34,702 bases of DNA from Acidobacteriota bacterium (GTDB lineage Bacteria; Acidobacteriota; Vicinamibacteria; Fen-336): NCBI GenBank assembly GCA_046726955.1, contig JBKPBQ010000624.1:1-34702 (forward strand), read 5' to 3'. The translations under genes were made by a program, and so were the position numbers. Shown one piece after another: positions 1 through 7,954 of the stretch (within the stretch, counting starts at the first letter, position 1; each line of letters opens with the position of its first letter). Under the pieces are notes generated by a model, which was not told the origin of the DNA, ran no database searches, and worked only from the letters and a program-made list of their open reading frames with translations.

Positions 1-810
1 GTGGTGGAGCAGGCCCGGCTCGCCATCGCGGACGCGCACCCCCGCTTCATCGTCCTCTCCCCCGATCCCCAGGACCCCGCCCACCCCGGGGCCGCCATCT
101 TTCCCATGACGTGCCACAGCGGAGGAAGCGTGGAGATCCACATCCAGCCCGTGCTGCCGCCGCCCCGGCTGCTCGTCTACGGCCTCACCCCCACCGCCCG
201 CGCGCTCGTGCGTCTCGGTTCCGCGATGGGCTACCGCGTGGTGGCCGTCGACCCCGCGGGCGACCGTTCCACGTTCCCCGAGGCGGAGGCCGTCTTCACC
301 GAGACCGGGGCCGTCCCTCCCGCCTCCCGCGGCACGGAGACGTTCGCGGTCGTGGCCACCCACGGCGAGTGGGACGAGGAAGCGATCCTGGGCGCGCTCG
401 ATCACGGCCCCGCCTACGTGGGCGTCGTCTCCAGCGCGAAGCGCGGGGACGAGCTGCGCGAGTTCCTCGAAAAGAAGGTGACGGGCGAGCGCCGCGCGCT
501 CCTCGAGCGGCTGCGGCTGCCCGCGGGCCTCCGCATCGGCGCCCAGGGCGGCGAGGAGATCGCCGTCAGCATCCTCGCGCAGATCGTCGAAGGCCGGCGC
601 CTCAGCCGCAAGCCGCTCCGCGTCTCCCTTCCGATGGCGGCGGCGGAGACGGCCACCGATCCCGTGTGCGGGATGTCCGTGGCCACGGCGGCGGCGAAGC
701 ACACCGCGGAGCACCAGGGACGGACGTTCTACTTCTGCTGCGCCGGGTGCCGCGAGAAGTTCCTTTCGCAGGCGGAGCGCTACGTGGGGGCGGCGGAGCG
801 CGAGGGGTGA
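1..810 (+). CDS. XdhC/CoxF/CoxI-family molybdoenzyme maturation factor (5' partial) fused to a C-terminal YHS/TRASH metal-binding domain
   Basis: The ORF is open from the window edge, so the GTG at position 1 is not a real start. 'RLLVYGLTPTARALVRLGSAMGYRVVAVDP' is the XdhC C-terminal Rossmann-like domain. The tail 'DPVCGMSVATAAAKHTAEHQGRTFYFCCAGCREKF' has the YHS/TRASH Cys pattern. The stop overlaps the next start (GTGA at 807-810). Confidence 0.75.
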   Translation: MVEQARLAIADAHPRFIVLSPDPQDPAHPGAAIFPMTCHSGGSVEIHIQPVLPPPRLLVYGLTPTARALVRLGSAMGYRVVAVDPAGDRSTFPEAEAVFTETGAVPPASRGTETFAVVATHGEWDEEAILGALDHGPAYVGVVSSAKRGDELREFLEKKVTGERRALLERLRLPAGLRIGAQGGEEIAVSILAQIVEGRRLSRKPLRVSLPMAAAETATDPVCGMSVATAAAKHTAEHQGRTFYFCCAGCREKFLSQAERYVGAAEREG

Positions 811-1694
811 GGCCCGAGATCCGCGCCGTCGAGGAGCGGATGGAGCGCGAGGGCTACGTCGCCGACCCGGCGATCGCGACCGCCCTCCACCTCGCGGTGG
901 AGATGCGCAAGCCGCTGCTCATCGAGGGCGACGCCGGAGTGGGCAAGACCGAGGTCGCGAAGGTGCTCTCCCGCATCCTCGGGGCCGAGCTCATCCGCCT
1001 GCAGTGCTACGAAGGGATCGACGTCCAGACCGCGCTCTACGAGTGGAACTACCCGCGCCAGCTCCTGCACATGAAGGCGGCGGAGGGAACAGGCGCGAGC
1101 GCAGACGCGCTCGAGGCCTCGATCTTCTCGCGCGACTACCTCCTGGAACGGCCGCTCCTGCGGGCCCTCACGCGGCCGTCGGCTCCTGTCCTGCTCGTCG
1201 ACGAGGTGGACCGCGCGGACGACGGCTTCGAGGCCTTCCTCCTCGAGCTGCTCTCGGAGTTCCAGGTCTCGATCCCCGAGCTCGGCACGATCCGGGCCGC
1301 GCACCCTCCCCACGTGATCCTGACCTCCAACCACACGCGCGAGATCGGAGACGCGCTGCGCCGGCGGTGCCTCTACCTCTACATCGAGCATCCCAGCCTC
1401 GAGAAGGAGGTGCGGATCATCCGCCGGAAGGTTCCCGAAACCGGCGAGGGCCTCGCGGCGGAGGCCGGCCGGTTCGTCCAGGCCCTGCGCGAGCGCCCGC
1501 TCGTGAAGCCGCCGGGAGTCGCGGAGACGCTGGACTGGACGCAGGCCCTCGTCCGCCTGCAGGTGGACCACCTCGAGCCGGAGGTGGTCGAGCAGACGCT
1601 GGGCTGCCTGCTCAAGGACCGCCGCGATCTCGCCGACCTCGACGGAGGCGCCCTCGAGACTCTCGTCGCGCAGGCACGGGAAGGAGCCGCATGA
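807..1694 (+). CDS. coxD: MoxR-like AAA+ ATPase, CO dehydrogenase maturation factor CoxD
   Basis: Walker A 'GDAGVGKT' and Walker B 'LLVDEVDRA' are present, with MoxR/AAA_5-like sequence in the second half of ORF 111..1694. GTG 807 overlaps the upstream stop; ATG 840 is an alternative start. The gene ends in an ATGA overlap with the next gene and sits next to coxE and coxMSL. Confidence 0.8.
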   Translation: MRPEIRAVEERMEREGYVADPAIATALHLAVEMRKPLLIEGDAGVGKTEVAKVLSRILGAELIRLQCYEGIDVQTALYEWNYPRQLLHMKAAEGTGASADALEASIFSRDYLLERPLLRALTRPSAPVLLVDEVDRADDGFEAFLLELLSEFQVSIPELGTIRAAHPPHVILTSNHTREIGDALRRRCLYLYIEHPSLEKEVRIIRRKVPETGEGLAAEAGRFVQALRERPLVKPPGVAETLDWTQALVRLQVDHLEPEVVEQTLGCLLKDRRDLADLDGGALETLVAQAREGAA

Positions 1695-2800
1695 CGACGG
1701 CGCACCGCGTCGCGCGTCTTGGTCGTGCCCTGCGCGATGCGGAGCTGGACGTGTGCCTGAGCGACGAGATCGACGCCGCACGGGCGCTCGCGCACGTCGA
1801 CGTCGCGGACATCGGCGAAGTGCGTCGCGCTCTGCGCATCGCCTTGAAGATCCCGCACGATTCCTGGCACCTGTTCGACAAGTACTTCCTCGCCATCTGG
1901 GCCGGCGGCGACCTTCCCCGTCCCGTCTCGAACGTCGTGGCGGCCACACGGGACCAGGGAGTGCGGGGTGGAAAGTTCCCTCGCTGGGATGCCGAGCGGA
2001 GCACGTTCGCCGAGGACGAGACCCCTCTCGAAGGAGACGCGCCGGGCTTCAGCCCCCGAGCCCTCAATCGTCGCGGGAAGCTTCCGGACTGCTCGCCGGC
2101 CGCGATGGTCGAGCTGGAACGGATCCTCGCGAGGTGGACGAGACGGCTGGCGACTCTCGAGAGCCGCCGTCTCGTGCCGTCCCCGAGCCGGGGGTTCGTG
2201 GACCTGCGGCGCACGCTCAAGGGAACCATCCGCACTCTTGGCGAGACAGTCCGCCTCGCTCGCCGCCGGCGGGCGAGGACCGTGCCCCGCCTCGCTTTTC
2301 TCTGCGACACGAGCGGCTCCATGACGCCGCACACGAGCTTCCTCCTCGCCGTGGCACTCGCCCTCAAGCGCGTCGCCCCGCGCACGGAGGTCTACGCCTT
2401 CAACACCTCCCTCGTCCGCCTCACCCCCTGGGTCACGCCGGCGAAGATCGCGCTGACCCTCGAGCTGCTGGCCGAGGGCGTGCCCGATTGGGGCGGGGGG
2501 ACCCGCATCGGGGAGAGCCTCGCGGATTTCGCGTCGCGCCCCGGCGCCATCGACGGCCGCACAGTGGTCGTCGTCCTCAGCGACGGCCTCGACCGCGGCG
2601 ACACTGAGCGGCTGCGCGCGGCCATGCAGCAGATCAAGGTCCAGGCCCGCAAGGTCGTGTGGCTGAACCCCCTGCTCCGCGATCCGAGGTATCGTCCGGA
2701 AGCGCGGGGCATGGAGGCGGCGTTGCCCTTCGTGGATCACTTCGCGGCGGTCTACGACGCGAGCTCGCTCGAGCGGCTGCTGCCGCAGCTCGTTGCCTGA
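1691..2800 (+). CDS. coxE: VWA-domain protein, CO dehydrogenase maturation factor CoxE
   Basis: ATG 1691 overlaps the coxD stop (ATGA). The MIDAS motif 'FLCDTSGSM' and 'VVVVLSDGLDRGD' match a von Willebrand A fold. It pairs with the MoxR ATPase, as in cox clusters. Confidence 0.8.
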   Translation: MTTAHRVARLGRALRDAELDVCLSDEIDAARALAHVDVADIGEVRRALRIALKIPHDSWHLFDKYFLAIWAGGDLPRPVSNVVAATRDQGVRGGKFPRWDAERSTFAEDETPLEGDAPGFSPRALNRRGKLPDCSPAAMVELERILARWTRRLATLESRRLVPSPSRGFVDLRRTLKGTIRTLGETVRLARRRRARTVPRLAFLCDTSGSMTPHTSFLLAVALALKRVAPRTEVYAFNTSLVRLTPWVTPAKIALTLELLAEGVPDWGGGTRIGESLADFASRPGAIDGRTVVVVLSDGLDRGDTERLRAAMQQIKVQARKVVWLNPLLRDPRYRPEARGMEAALPFVDHFAAVYDASSLERLLPQLVA

Positions 2801-2858
2801 CCGTGGCTCGGCTCTATTTTCTACCGGCTGCTGCTTCGACGAGAAGCGGGAGGTGTCG

Positions 2859-3725
2859 ATGATTCCCCCATCGTTCGACTACCACGCCCCGACGACCCTG
2901 CCCGACGCGCTCAAGCTCCTCGGGCAGTTCGGCGACGAGGCCAAGATCCTCTCCGGCGGCCAGAGCCTGCTGCCCCTTCTCAAGCTGCGCCTGGCCGCCC
3001 CCGGCCACGTCGTGGACATCGGGCGGATCCCCGGGCTCGACTACATAAGAGAAGATGCAGGCTTCCTAAAGATCGGAGCCCTCGTGCGCGAGGCCGACAT
3101 CGAGGCCTCGAAGCTCGTGCAGGACAAGTACCCGATCCTCGTGGACACGGCCTCCGTCGTCGCCGATCCCCTCGTCCGGAACCTCGCGACGCTGGCCGGC
3201 AACCTCGCCCACGGCGATCCCGCCAACGACCACCCGGCGACGATGCTCGCCCTCGGCGCCTCGGTCGTGGCCACCGGCCCGAAGGGAGAGCGCGTGATCG
3301 CCGTCTCCGACTTCTTCACGGGCCTGTTCACGACCGCCCTCCAGCCGAACGAGATCCTGACCGAGATCCGCATTCCCTTGCCTCCGGCGCGGAGCGGCGG
3401 GGCCTACTTGAAGCTCGAGCGGAAGGTCGGCGACTTCGCGACCGCGGGAGCGGCGGCGTTCGTGGTGCTCGACGCGGGCGGCGCCTTCGAGCGCGCGGGC
3501 ATCGGCCTCACGAACGTGGGCATGACGCCCGTGAAGGCCGAGAAGGCCGAGCAGCACTTGAAGGGCAAGATGGCGGACGCGATCGCGGAAGCGGCGCGAC
3601 TCGCCGCGGACGGGGTGTCGCCCGAGCCCGACCGCCGGGGGACGACCGAGTACAAGAAGGAGATGGCGCGCGTGCTCACGGCGCGGGCGCTCAAGAAGGC
3701 GTACGAGCGGGCAGGAGGACGCTAG
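2859..3725 (+). CDS. coxM: CO dehydrogenase medium (FAD-binding) subunit CoxM
   Basis: '[21 protein letters not shown]...[17 protein letters not shown]' is typical of the FAD-binding molybdopterin dehydrogenase subunit. A GGGAGG RBS lies 5-10 nt upstream of ATG 2859. Confidence 0.9.
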   Translation: MIPPSFDYHAPTTLPDALKLLGQFGDEAKILSGGQSLLPLLKLRLAAPGHVVDIGRIPGLDYIREDAGFLKIGALVREADIEASKLVQDKYPILVDTASVVADPLVRNLATLAGNLAHGDPANDHPATMLALGASVVATGPKGERVIAVSDFFTGLFTTALQPNEILTEIRIPLPPARSGGAYLKLERKVGDFATAGAAAFVVLDAGGAFERAGIGLTNVGMTPVKAEKAEQHLKGKMADAIAEAARLAADGVSPEPDRRGTTEYKKEMARVLTARALKKAYERAGGR

Positions 3726-3727
3726 AG

Positions 3728-4195
3728 ATGGCCAGGCACAAGATCAAGGTCACCGTGAACGGCGCTGCGCGCGAGGCCGAGGTGGACTCGCGGCTCCTTC
3801 TCGTGCACCTCCTCCGTGAAGACTTCCGGATGACGGGCACTCACATCGGCTGCGACACGACACACTGCGGGGCCTGCACCGTGCTCCTCGACGGCAAGCC
3901 CGTGAAGTCCTGCACCGTGCTCGCGGTGCAGGCGGACGGGCGCGAGGTGATGACGGTGGAGGGCCTGGAGAAGGACGGCAAGCTCGACCCCATCCAGGAA
4001 GGCTTCTGGCAGGAGCACGGCCTGCAGTGCGGCTACTGCACGCCGGGCATGATGCTCACGGGCTACGCGCTGCTCAAGGCGAAGAAGAGCCCGAGCGAGG
4101 GCGAGATCCGCCAGGCCATCTCCGGCAACCTCTGCCGGTGCACCGGGTACGTCAACATCGTCAAGGCCGTGCAGTACGCGGCCGCCAAGCAGTAG
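3728..4195 (+). CDS. coxS: CO dehydrogenase small ([2Fe-2S]) subunit CoxS
   Basis: Two [2Fe-2S] Cys clusters are present: '[11 protein letters not shown]' and 'QCGYCTPG...CRCTGY'. A GGAGGA RBS precedes the start, which lies 2 nt after the coxM stop. Confidence 0.92.
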   Translation: MARHKIKVTVNGAAREAEVDSRLLLVHLLREDFRMTGTHIGCDTTHCGACTVLLDGKPVKSCTVLAVQADGREVMTVEGLEKDGKLDPIQEGFWQEHGLQCGYCTPGMMLTGYALLKAKKSPSEGEIRQAISGNLCRCTGYVNIVKAVQYAAAKQ

Positions 4196-4204
4196 GAGGG
4201 CGCC

Positions 4205-6577
4205 ATGGCCACTACTCCCCGGACGAGCCCCGAGATCGGAGGCATGGGCCACTCGATCAAGCGCAAGGAGGATCCGCGCTTCATCCGCGGCCAGGGCAAG
4301 TACGTGGACGACGTCGTCCTGCCCGGCATGCTGCACATGGACATCGTCCGCAGCCCCTACGCGCACGCGAAGATCAAGAAGATCGACACCGCGGCGGCCC
4401 TGAAGGTGCCGGGCGTCCTCGCCGTGATCACGGGAGAGACGCTCGCCCAGTTCAAGCTCCACTGGATGCCCACGCTCATGTCGGACACCCAGATGGTCCT
4501 GCCCACCGAGAAGGTCATGTACCAGTCGCAGGAGGTGGCGGCGGTCGTGGCCACGGACCGCTACGCGGCCGCGGACGGCGTCGCCGCCGTCCAGGTGGAG
4601 TACGACCCGTTGCCTGTCGTCGTCGATCCCTGGAAGGCGCTCGAGCCGGGCGCCCCCGTGCTGCGGACGGATAAGCCGGGCAAGAAGGACAACCACATCT
4701 TCCACTGGGAGGTCGGGGACAAGGCGGCCACGGAAGCCGCCTTCAAGGCGGCCGACGTCACGATCAAGCAGCGAATCTACATCCCCCGCATCCACGTGGC
4801 CTCGATCGAGACCTGCGGCTGCGTCGCCTCCTTCGACAAGGCGACCGGGCAGCTCACCGTCTGGATGACCACCCAGGCTCCGCACGCGATCCGCACCGTC
4901 TTCGCGCTCGTGGCCGGCCACGTCGGGCTCTCCGAGGAGAAGATCCGGATCATCTCGCCAGACATCGGCGGCGGCTTCGGCGGCAAGGTGCCCGTCTACC
5001 CCGGCTACGTGATCGCGGTGGCCGCGTCCGTGGTGATCGGCAAGCCCGTGAAGTGGATCGAGGACCGGATGGAGAACCTCCAGGCCGACTCCTTCGCCCG
5101 CGACTACCACATCGACGCCGAGATCGCGGCCAAGAAGGACGGCACCATGACCGCGCTCCGCATCAAGACGCTCGCGGACCACGGATACGCGGACGCCGCG
5201 GCCAACCCCTCGAAGTTCCCGGCCGGGCTCTTCTCCATCTGCACCGGCTCCTACGACATCAAGAGCTCCTTCGTGGAGGTGGACGGCGCCTACACGAACA
5301 AGCCGCCGGGAGGGATCGCCTACCGCTGCTCGTTCCGGGTCACGGAGGCCGTCCACGCCATCGAGCGCATCACGGACATGCTCGCCCAGGAGCTCAAGAT
5401 GGACCCCGCGGACATCCGGCGGAAGAACTTCATCCCCAAGGAGAAGTTCCCCTACAAGTCGGCGCTGGGCTGGGAGTACGACAGCGGCGACTACCACGGA
5501 GCGCTCGAGAAGGCGCTCGCGAAGATCGGCTACGCGGACCTCCGCAAGGAGCAGGCCGAGAAGAGGAAGAAGGGCGAGCTCATGGGCATCGGGCTCTCGA
5601 GCTTCACCGAGATCGTGGGCGCCGGCCCATCGAAGCACTTCGACATCCTCGGCATCAAGATGTTCGACTCCTGCGAGCTGCGCGTGCACCCGACCGGCAA
5701 GGCGCTCGCCCGCTTCGGCACGAAGTCGCAGGGCCAGGCCCACGAGACGACGTACGCGCAGATCATCGCGGAGGAGCTGGGCATCCCCGCCGCCCACATC
5801 CAGGTCGAGGAAGGAGACACGGACACGGCGCCCTACGGGCTCGGCACGTACGCGAGCCGCTCGACCCCCACCGCGGGCGCGGCCGCCGCCATCGCCGCCC
5901 GCAAAGTCCGCGACAAGGCCCGCAAGATCGCCGCGTACCTGCTGGAAGTGTCGGAAGAGGACCTCGTGTGGGAGCCCGGGAAGTTCTCGGTCAAGGGCGC
6001 GCCCGAGAAGTCGAAGACGATCCAGGACGTCGCCCTCGCCGCCTACACGAACCACCCCCAGGGCATGGAGGCGGGCCTCGAGGCCGTCAACTACTACGAC
6101 CCGCCGAACCTCACGTTCCCGTTCGGGTCGTACGTGTGCGTCGTGGACATCGACCGCGGCACCGGCGAGGTGAAGATCCGCCGGTTCGTCTCGATCGACG
6201 ACTGCGGCAACATCATCAACCCCATGGTCGTGCAGGGCCAGATCCACGGCGGCCTCACGATGGGGATGGCCCCCGCGCTCCTCGAGGAGATCAGCTACGA
6301 CGAGAACGGCAACGTCCAGGGCGGGAGCTTCATCGACTACCTCGTGCCCACGGCCATGGAGACGCCGAAGTGGGAGACCGACCACACGGTCACCCCGTCG
6401 CCCCACCATCCGTTAGGCGCCAAGGGCGTGGGCGAGTCGGCTACGGTGGGCGCGCCGCCCGCGATCGTCAACGCGGTCGTGGACGCGCTCGCCCACCTCG
6501 GGGTCAAGCACATCGACATCCCGATCACCCCCGAGAAGGTCTGGCGGATCCTGAAGGACAAGGGAGTCGCCGAGTAG
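4205..6577 (+). CDS. coxL: CO dehydrogenase large (molybdopterin) subunit CoxL, form I
   Basis: The 790-aa product is xanthine-dehydrogenase-family. 'GGIAYRCSFRV' contains the form I signature AY(R)CSFR, whose Cys ligates Cu. The M-S-L gene order is the form I order. An AGGAGGG RBS is present. Confidence 0.92.
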   Translation: MATTPRTSPEIGGMGHSIKRKEDPRFIRGQGKYVDDVVLPGMLHMDIVRSPYAHAKIKKIDTAAALKVPGVLAVITGETLAQFKLHWMPTLMSDTQMVLPTEKVMYQSQEVAAVVATDRYAAADGVAAVQVEYDPLPVVVDPWKALEPGAPVLRTDKPGKKDNHIFHWEVGDKAATEAAFKAADVTIKQRIYIPRIHVASIETCGCVASFDKATGQLTVWMTTQAPHAIRTVFALVAGHVGLSEEKIRIISPDIGGGFGGKVPVYPGYVIAVAASVVIGKPVKWIEDRMENLQADSFARDYHIDAEIAAKKDGTMTALRIKTLADHGYADAAANPSKFPAGLFSICTGSYDIKSSFVEVDGAYTNKPPGGIAYRCSFRVTEAVHAIERITDMLAQELKMDPADIRRKNFIPKEKFPYKSALGWEYDSGDYHGALEKALAKIGYADLRKEQAEKRKKGELMGIGLSSFTEIVGAGPSKHFDILGIKMFDSCELRVHPTGKALARFGTKSQGQAHETTYAQIIAEELGIPAAHIQVEEGDTDTAPYGLGTYASRSTPTAGAAAAIAARKVRDKARKIAAYLLEVSEEDLVWEPGKFSVKGAPEKSKTIQDVALAAYTNHPQGMEAGLEAVNYYDPPNLTFPFGSYVCVVDIDRGTGEVKIRRFVSIDDCGNIINPMVVQGQIHGGLTMGMAPALLEEISYDENGNVQGGSFIDYLVPTAMETPKWETDHTVTPSPHHPLGAKGVGESATVGAPPAIVNAVVDALAHLGVKHIDIPITPEKVWRILKDKGVAE

Positions 6578-6639
6578 CGCGGCTGCTACCATTCGAGCCG
6601 CGGCCGGCGCGGGTCGGCGCGAGTCCCGGGAGAGCCTAA

Positions 6640-7392
6640 ATGGAGTGGATCGCCGACCCCCAGGTCTGGATCGCCTTCCTCACGCTGGCCGCGCTCGAGA
6701 TCGTCCTCGGGATCGACAACATCGTCTTCATCTCGATCCTCGTGGGCAAGCTGCCGTCTCCGCAGCAAGCCGGCGCCTACCGCATCGGCCTCGGCCTGGC
6801 CATGGTGATGAGGATCCTCCTGCTCCTCTCGCTCTCCTGGATCATGGGACTCACCGAGCCGCTGTTCACGGTGCCCCTCATCCGGGCCGAGCTCAGCGGC
6901 CGCGACCTCGTCCTCGTCGTGGGCGGGCTCTTCCTGGTCGCGAAGTCCACCCACGAGATCCACGAGAAGCTCGAGGGGGACGAGGGGGAGAAGTCGGCGA
7001 AAATCGCCGCTTCCTACGCCGCGGTGCTCGCCCAGATCGTGGTCCTCGACCTCGTCTTCTCTCTCGACTCCGTGATCACGGCGGTGGGGATGGTCCAGGA
7101 GGTCGGGATCATGATTGCGGCCGTGGTCGCGGCGGTGCTGGTGATGATGGCGTTCGCCCGCCCCATCGGCGTCTTCGTGTCCCGCCACCCTACCGTCAAG
7201 ATGCTGGCCCTCGCGTTCCTCCTCGCGATCGGCGTGATGCTGATCGCGGACGGGTTCGACCACCACGTTCCCAAGGGCTATCTCTACTTCGCGATGGCGT
7301 TCTCCCTGGGGGTGGAGCTGCTCAACCTGAAGGCCGGCCACCGGAAGCCTCCGATCCACCTGCGGCAGCCGTACGTTTCCGAGAAGGGCTAG
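6640..7392 (+). CDS. TerC-family integral membrane protein
   Basis: This is a multi-pass hydrophobic protein. It has the duplicated TerC-type motifs 'LEIVLGIDNIVFISILV' and 'LDLVFSLDSVITAVGM'. A GGGAGAG RBS is present. Confidence 0.8.
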   Translation: MEWIADPQVWIAFLTLAALEIVLGIDNIVFISILVGKLPSPQQAGAYRIGLGLAMVMRILLLLSLSWIMGLTEPLFTVPLIRAELSGRDLVLVVGGLFLVAKSTHEIHEKLEGDEGEKSAKIAASYAAVLAQIVVLDLVFSLDSVITAVGMVQEVGIMIAAVVAAVLVMMAFARPIGVFVSRHPTVKMLALAFLLAIGVMLIADGFDHHVPKGYLYFAMAFSLGVELLNLKAGHRKPPIHLRQPYVSEKG

Positions 7393-7398
7393 GTCAGG

Positions 7399-7878
7399 AT
7401 GCTGAGCTCGCTGCGCCGGCTGTTCCAGGAGCGCGTCGCGCCCGACCTCGCGGCCGCGCAGCCCGAGACGCGGGAGCACGGTCTCCGGCTCGCCGCCGCC
7501 GCGCTGCTGTTCGAGGTGGTTCGCGCGGATGCGGACGTCAAGCCCGAGGAGCTCGCGGTGATGCGCACGGCCGTGCAGAGCGCGTTCGGCCTGCCGGCGG
7601 CGAAGACGGACGAGCTCGTGCGCCTCGCCGGGGAGGCCTCGCGGGGGGCCGCCTCGGTCTACGAGCTCACGGAGGTCGTGGACCGCGAGCTGGACGCCGA
7701 GCGCAAGAAGCGGCTCGTGGAGCTGCTGTGGCTCGTGGCCTTCGCGGACGCGGAGAAGACCGCCGACGAGGAGCATATGATCCGCCGGATCGCCGGGCTC
7801 CTGCACGTGCCCCACCCGGACTTCATCGACGCGAAGATCCGGGCCCGCGCAACGGCCGGGGGTGAGGGCCGCGGCTAG
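7399..7878 (+). CDS. TerB-like (tellurite-resistance TerB / DjlA N-terminal type) protein
   Basis: The 159-aa soluble protein has a two-repeat acidic helical pattern, 'LLFEVVRADADVKPEELAVM' and 'LWLVAFADAEKTADEEHMIRRIAGLL'. It starts 6 nt after terC. Confidence 0.6.
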   Translation: MLSSLRRLFQERVAPDLAAAQPETREHGLRLAAAALLFEVVRADADVKPEELAVMRTAVQSAFGLPAAKTDELVRLAGEASRGAASVYELTEVVDRELDAERKKRLVELLWLVAFADAEKTADEEHMIRRIAGLLHVPHPDFIDAKIRARATAGGEGRG

Positions 7879-7885
7879 AAGCAGG

Positions 7886-7954
7886 GAGCTGGTCGAGGCG
7901 ATTCGAAGGTTGCACGCGGGCGAGAAGCGATTCCCTCCCGAGATCGGCGTCTAG
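7886..7954 (+). pseudogene. Remnant of a NarL/FixJ-type response regulator (end of the receiver domain only)
   Basis: Frame 2 reads 'ELVEAIRRLHAGEKRFPPEIGV*'. This matches the conserved 'eLl.AIr.v.aGe.y..pe' stretch at the receiver/linker boundary of NarL-family regulators. Neither a receiver N-terminus nor an HTH follows. Its stop shares the CTAG with the convergent kinase stop. Confidence 0.3.

Noticed and set aside
807-2800. The MoxR AAA+ ATPase and VWA protein pair as a possible conflict or defence module.
   Set aside because: The pair is translationally coupled inside a form I coxMSL cluster next to an XdhC-like factor. This is the known CoxD/CoxE maturation context, and no additional effector genes are present.
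3722-6409. An 895-aa ORF antisense to coxS/coxL. Similar long shadow ORFs occur at 780..1949(-), 6586..7815(-), 12251..13879(-), 16752..18713(+), 20500..23040(-), 23921..27526(+), 28649..30832(+), 29814..31307(-), 31471..33006(-) and 33030..34340(-).
   Set aside because: The translations are dominated by Arg, Pro, Gly, Ala, Asp and His, with no recognisable motifs. Each overlaps a gene with clear family signatures, an RBS and high GC3. Long stop-free shadow frames like these are expected at ~70% GC.
6578-6639. A possible yybP-ykoY (Mn) riboswitch upstream of the TerC-family gene.
   Set aside because: Only 62 nt separate coxL and terC, which is too short for that riboswitch. I saw none of its conserved elements.
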